From contig CP075367.1 of NCBI GenBank assembly GCA_019454165.1, forward strand, positions 67,971-131,970: a stretch of DNA of 64,000 bases. The letters run 5' to 3'. Position 1 is the stretch's first letter; the number at the start of each line of letters is the position of its first letter. Made by a program: the position numbers and the translations under genes. This document shows positions 60,893-64,000 of this stretch, piece after piece. The stretch is from Anaerolineales bacterium (GTDB taxonomy: Bacteria > Chloroflexota > Anaerolineae > Anaerolineales > UBA11579). The notes beneath the pieces are model-generated. The model saw only the letters and a list, made by a program, of their open reading frames with translations. It had not been told where the DNA came from and made no database searches.

Positions 60893-62113
60893 ATGAGTAC
60901 TGTTGCCATCCTCCACTATTCTGGGCCGCCGATCGTTGGCGGCGTTGAAAGCGTGATCGATCATCATGCTCGCATGCTGGTTGCCGCGGGCCATTCCGTG
61001 CGCATCATCGCGGGGCGCGGCCAGGCTACCGACCGCCGGATCGCTTTCACCAAGATCCCTCTGCTTGACTCTCGCCATTCACGCGTCCTGGCCGCCAAGC
61101 AGGCCCTGGATTCCGGCCGGGTGCCGGACACTTGGCCCGGTTTGGTCTCTGATATCTCCTCTCGTTTACACAACGCCTTATCGGGCGTAGATGTGGTCAT
61201 CGCTCACAACGTATCTTCGCTCCACAAAAATTTAGCGCTGACCACGGCGCTGTATGAGCTCTCGCTCCAGCCCAGCTTCCCACGCCTGATCCTTTGGAAC
61301 CATGACCTGGCTTGGGGCTCGGACCGCTACGGGCACGAGCTTCACGCCGGCCAGCCCTGGGATCTACTGCGCATACCCTGGCCGGCAGCGACCCAGGTAA
61401 CCATTTCCAGCGCCAGACAGATGGAGATGGCCAAGCTGCTTCAGATCCCTGCTGGGCAGATCCTGGTCGTGCCCAATGGCGTTAGCCCACGCCTGTTCTT
61501 CAAGTTAGGCCGTCTCTCGATCGAGTTGGTCAACTCACTGGATCTGTTGTCTGCCAGCCCGCTGCTCTTAATGCCCGTACGCCTGACCAGCCGCAAGAAT
61601 ATTGAGCTGGCCTTGGAAACATTATCCATATTGCGCAAGCGTCTCCCTGAGGCGCGGCTGGTAATTACAGGTCCATTAGGCCCGCACAACCCAGCCAATC
61701 AAAGCTATTTCGATAAGCTATTGCAGTTGCGCAGCAAACTTGGTTTGGAATCTCATGCGCATTTCCTGGCTGAGCATGTATCCGGCTTCATCCCGGATGA
61801 GGTCATCAGTGATCTCTACCAGTTGGCCGATGCGCTTTTCCTGCCCAGCAAAGATGAAGGGTTTGGCATTCCAGTGCTAGAGGCTGGCCTGGCGGGGCTG
61901 CCGGTATTCTGCTCAAGCATCCCGGCCCTGGAGGAGCTGGCGGGCGAGGAAGCCCATTACTTCGCGCCAGATTCCGGGCCGGAGCCCATAGCCAAATTGA
62001 TAAGCGACGCGCTGCAGTCTGACCCAACATGGCGCCTGAGGGCGCGCGTGCGCAGCCAATACACCTGGCAGCAGATCTACAACCAGTATTTAGCGCCCCT
62101 GGTGGCAGCATGA
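60893..62113 (+). CDS. GT4-family glycosyltransferase
   Basis: PPIVGGVESVIDHHARML N-terminus and C-terminal LFLPSKDEGFGIPVLEAGLAGLPV (E-x7-E region). ATG at 60893. Confidence 0.85.
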   Translation: MSTVAILHYSGPPIVGGVESVIDHHARMLVAAGHSVRIIAGRGQATDRRIAFTKIPLLDSRHSRVLAAKQALDSGRVPDTWPGLVSDISSRLHNALSGVDVVIAHNVSSLHKNLALTTALYELSLQPSFPRLILWNHDLAWGSDRYGHELHAGQPWDLLRIPWPAATQVTISSARQMEMAKLLQIPAGQILVVPNGVSPRLFFKLGRLSIELVNSLDLLSASPLLLMPVRLTSRKNIELALETLSILRKRLPEARLVITGPLGPHNPANQSYFDKLLQLRSKLGLESHAHFLAEHVSGFIPDEVISDLYQLADALFLPSKDEGFGIPVLEAGLAGLPVFCSSIPALEELAGEEAHYFAPDSGPEPIAKLISDALQSDPTWRLRARVRSQYTWQQIYNQYLAPLVAA

Positions 62114-63945
62114 AGCTCAACCGCAAATCTGACCTGCTGCGCCATATCCTTGTACCCGTTATCGATGGCTGCGACATGGAGTTGCCGCGCACGCTGGGCC
62201 ATCTGCTTGCCGGCGAGCAACCGCAACTCTTAGGCATTGTGCCCGTAGACCAAAATGAATCGCTCAGCACCGGCACCGCCCCTGCCCGTCAGCTGCGCGC
62301 CGTGATACGCAGCGTGCCGGGCGTACAGCCTCTGCGCACCATGGTTTCGCACCAGCCCTGGCAGGAATTGCTGGCCGTGGTGGCGGATGAGGAGCCAGAC
62401 CTGCTCATCCTCGAATACCCGACCGCGCTCAAAAAGCTCGGCGTTTCGCTTGACACTCTGTTGCGCGAACTCCCATGTGACGTAGCCCTCATCCGCGGCC
62501 CTCTGCCGCGCAAACTAAGCAAGATCCTGGTCGCTTTACGCGGTGGCCCCTTTGCCGAGCTCGCCCTGCGTTTGGCGCTAACCCTTTCCCGCGCCAGTGG
62601 CGCCCGCGTACAGTCGCTGCATGTGCGCTCCACGCGCAAGCCAGACATCCCGTCTGCCAAGCGGGTGGCCGCCCAACGTGATGCTGCGTTCCGCGGCTTG
62701 CAACGCGTGCTGCAAAACCTTCCTGAGGTCGAGCAGCTCCAGCTTCAAAGCAGCGACCCGGCCTTATCCATCATTCGGGCTTCGCGCCGCAGCAGCCTTA
62801 CGATCCTGGGTGTTGCGGCCCACTTCCCCGCCACCGGCCCGAGCTTTGGCCGCACGGTCCAGCGCGTGCTGAACGAGAGCGCCGGCAGCGTCATCCTGGT
62901 GCGCTCCAGCCAGCCCCTGCCCAAAGGCGCGCTGACCGAAAGCGCGGGAAGCAAAGCGATCTCCGTTTTGGTGGACAAGTGGTTCGCCGAGAACACGTAT
63001 CATGCCGATGAGTTTTCAGACCTGAAGCAACTGGTGGCGCTCAAAGAACAGCAGGGGCTGACCATCAGCCTGGCCATGCCATCTTTGAACGAAGAGGCCA
63101 CGGTTGGCAAAGTGATCCGCACGGTCAAGACCGCCCTCATGGAGCGCGTCCCGCTGGTGGATGAGATCGTCTTGATCGATTCAGGTTCCACGGATCGCAC
63201 CCGCGCCATCGCCGAGAATCTCGGCGTACCCTCCTATGTGCATCAGGACCTCCTGCCCGAATATGGCGCACGCCGCGGCAAGGGAGAGGCGCTATGGAAG
63301 AGCCTGCATGTCACCCGTGGCGACATCCTGGCCTGGATCGACACCGACATCGTCAACATCCACCCGCGTTTCGTCTACGGGCTGCTAGGCCCTTTGCTGG
63401 TCAATCCCAAATTGCAATTCATCAAGGGCTTCTACCGCCGCCCGCTGCGGGTCGGCCGCCAGCTGACCGCCGGCGGCGGCGGCCGCGTGACCGAGCTCAC
63501 CGCCCGCCCCATGCTCAACCTCTTTTACCCGGAACTATCGGGTGTCGTGCAGCCGCTCTCTGGTGAATACGGCGGCCGCCGCTCGGCGCTGGAGAAATTG
63601 ACCTTTTATTCAGGCTACGGGGTCGAAACCGGCTTGCTGATCGATATGCTCGAAAAATTCGGTCTCTCTGCCATCGGCCAGACCGATCTAATGGAACGCA
63701 TCCACCACAATCAAAGCCTGGAAGCATTGAGCATGATGTCGTTCGCCATCATCCAGGTCGTCATTCACAAGCTGGAAGCCCGCAAAGGGATCGAGCTGAT
63801 CGAAGAGGTCAATAAGACCATAAAGCTGATCCACTACACGGATGAGCGCTTCTCGCTTGATGTGCAAGAGATCAACGAGCAGTCCCGCCCGCCGATGATC
63901 ACACTGCCGGAGTACAAGAAGCCGCGCCTGCGCAAACGCCGTTAG
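62110..63945 (+). CDS. gpgS: Tandem universal-stress-protein-like domains fused to glucosyl-3-phosphoglycerate synthase (GT81)
   Basis: C-terminal half: ISLAMPSLNEEATVGKVI...LIDSGSTDRT...RRGKGEALWKS...DTDI (GpgS-like). N-terminal roughly 290 aa has two ILVPV/ILVAL...LLILE/LTILG USP-like units. ATGA overlap with the GT4 gene. Confidence 0.82.
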   Translation: MKLNRKSDLLRHILVPVIDGCDMELPRTLGHLLAGEQPQLLGIVPVDQNESLSTGTAPARQLRAVIRSVPGVQPLRTMVSHQPWQELLAVVADEEPDLLILEYPTALKKLGVSLDTLLRELPCDVALIRGPLPRKLSKILVALRGGPFAELALRLALTLSRASGARVQSLHVRSTRKPDIPSAKRVAAQRDAAFRGLQRVLQNLPEVEQLQLQSSDPALSIIRASRRSSLTILGVAAHFPATGPSFGRTVQRVLNESAGSVILVRSSQPLPKGALTESAGSKAISVLVDKWFAENTYHADEFSDLKQLVALKEQQGLTISLAMPSLNEEATVGKVIRTVKTALMERVPLVDEIVLIDSGSTDRTRAIAENLGVPSYVHQDLLPEYGARRGKGEALWKSLHVTRGDILAWIDTDIVNIHPRFVYGLLGPLLVNPKLQFIKGFYRRPLRVGRQLTAGGGGRVTELTARPMLNLFYPELSGVVQPLSGEYGGRRSALEKLTFYSGYGVETGLLIDMLEKFGLSAIGQTDLMERIHHNQSLEALSMMSFAIIQVVIHKLEARKGIELIEEVNKTIKLIHYTDERFSLDVQEINEQSRPPMITLPEYKKPRLRKRR

Positions 63946-64000
63946 TCGGCTGCGTTGGCGACCTCATCCATGTAGGCTTTGATGCTGGGTACTCCGCTCA
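63942..64000 (-). CDS. 3' end of an unidentified convergent gene (partial)
   Basis: Open frame to the window edge, reading ...SGVPSIKAYMDEVANAAD-stop. Too short to identify. Confidence 0.25.
   Translation of the reverse strand, partial: SGVPSIKAYMDEVANAAD

Noticed and set aside
1-64000. tRNA, rRNA, tmRNA, RNase P, transposase, integrase or prophage features.
   Set aside because: I scanned the larger intergenic regions (14962-15261, 19215-19605, 22386-22544, 23478-23933, 37066-37707, 42496-42718, 56321-56463, 60722-60892). I found no tRNA-like acceptor or T-arm (GGTTCGAATCC-type) signatures and no ORFs with recombinase motifs.

Overview
This is a high-GC bacterial chromosomal segment. The gene content and protein style suggest Chloroflexota, but that is inference only. 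I support about 70 protein-coding genes. I found no rRNA or tRNA genes, no CRISPR array, and no transposase, integrase or prophage genes. Most of the window is housekeeping.

Main gene groups:
- A minus-strand ssb-to-recN operon (ssb, DUF3467, translin-like, Cas4-like, nadK, B-box protein, recN).
- panD, and lexA with a GAAC-N4-GTTC SOS box inside its promoter.
- rpsO-pnp, and a solitary murE.
- An Fo-only ATP synthase cluster (atpZ-like, atpB, atpE, atpF).
- A membrane-arm-only complex I cluster (nuoA, H, J, K, L, M, M, N).
- An aldehyde/P5C dehydrogenase and two secreted lipoproteins.
- A five-gene Opp/Dpp-type ABC transporter.
- rsgA, a class B PBP, maf, xpt-guaA and holA.
- A secreted two-HKD PLD protein.
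- A GT4 glycosyltransferase followed by a USP-GpgS fusion.

Most unusual items:
1. A glycan-priming cluster (10245-14961). TPP-dependent E1 alpha/beta genes are followed by a lipoyl domain fused to a NeuD/PglD-type hexapeptide acyltransferase, where an E2 core would be expected.
2. A complex I membrane module with two tandem nuoM genes. Its NuoL lateral helix carries an in-register 27-residue internal duplication.
3. An Fo subunit b fused to only the C-terminal domain of subunit delta.
4. A membrane-hairpin Cas4-like nuclease interrupted by a single in-frame TGA.
5. A dense array of same-orientation TTATC(C/T)G(T/C)G-type repeats upstream of rpsO.
6. An A/T-richer orphan PD-(D/E)XK-like gene next to a repeat- and palindrome-rich 456-nt spacer.

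All functional calls come from reading motifs by eye; no database search was run.
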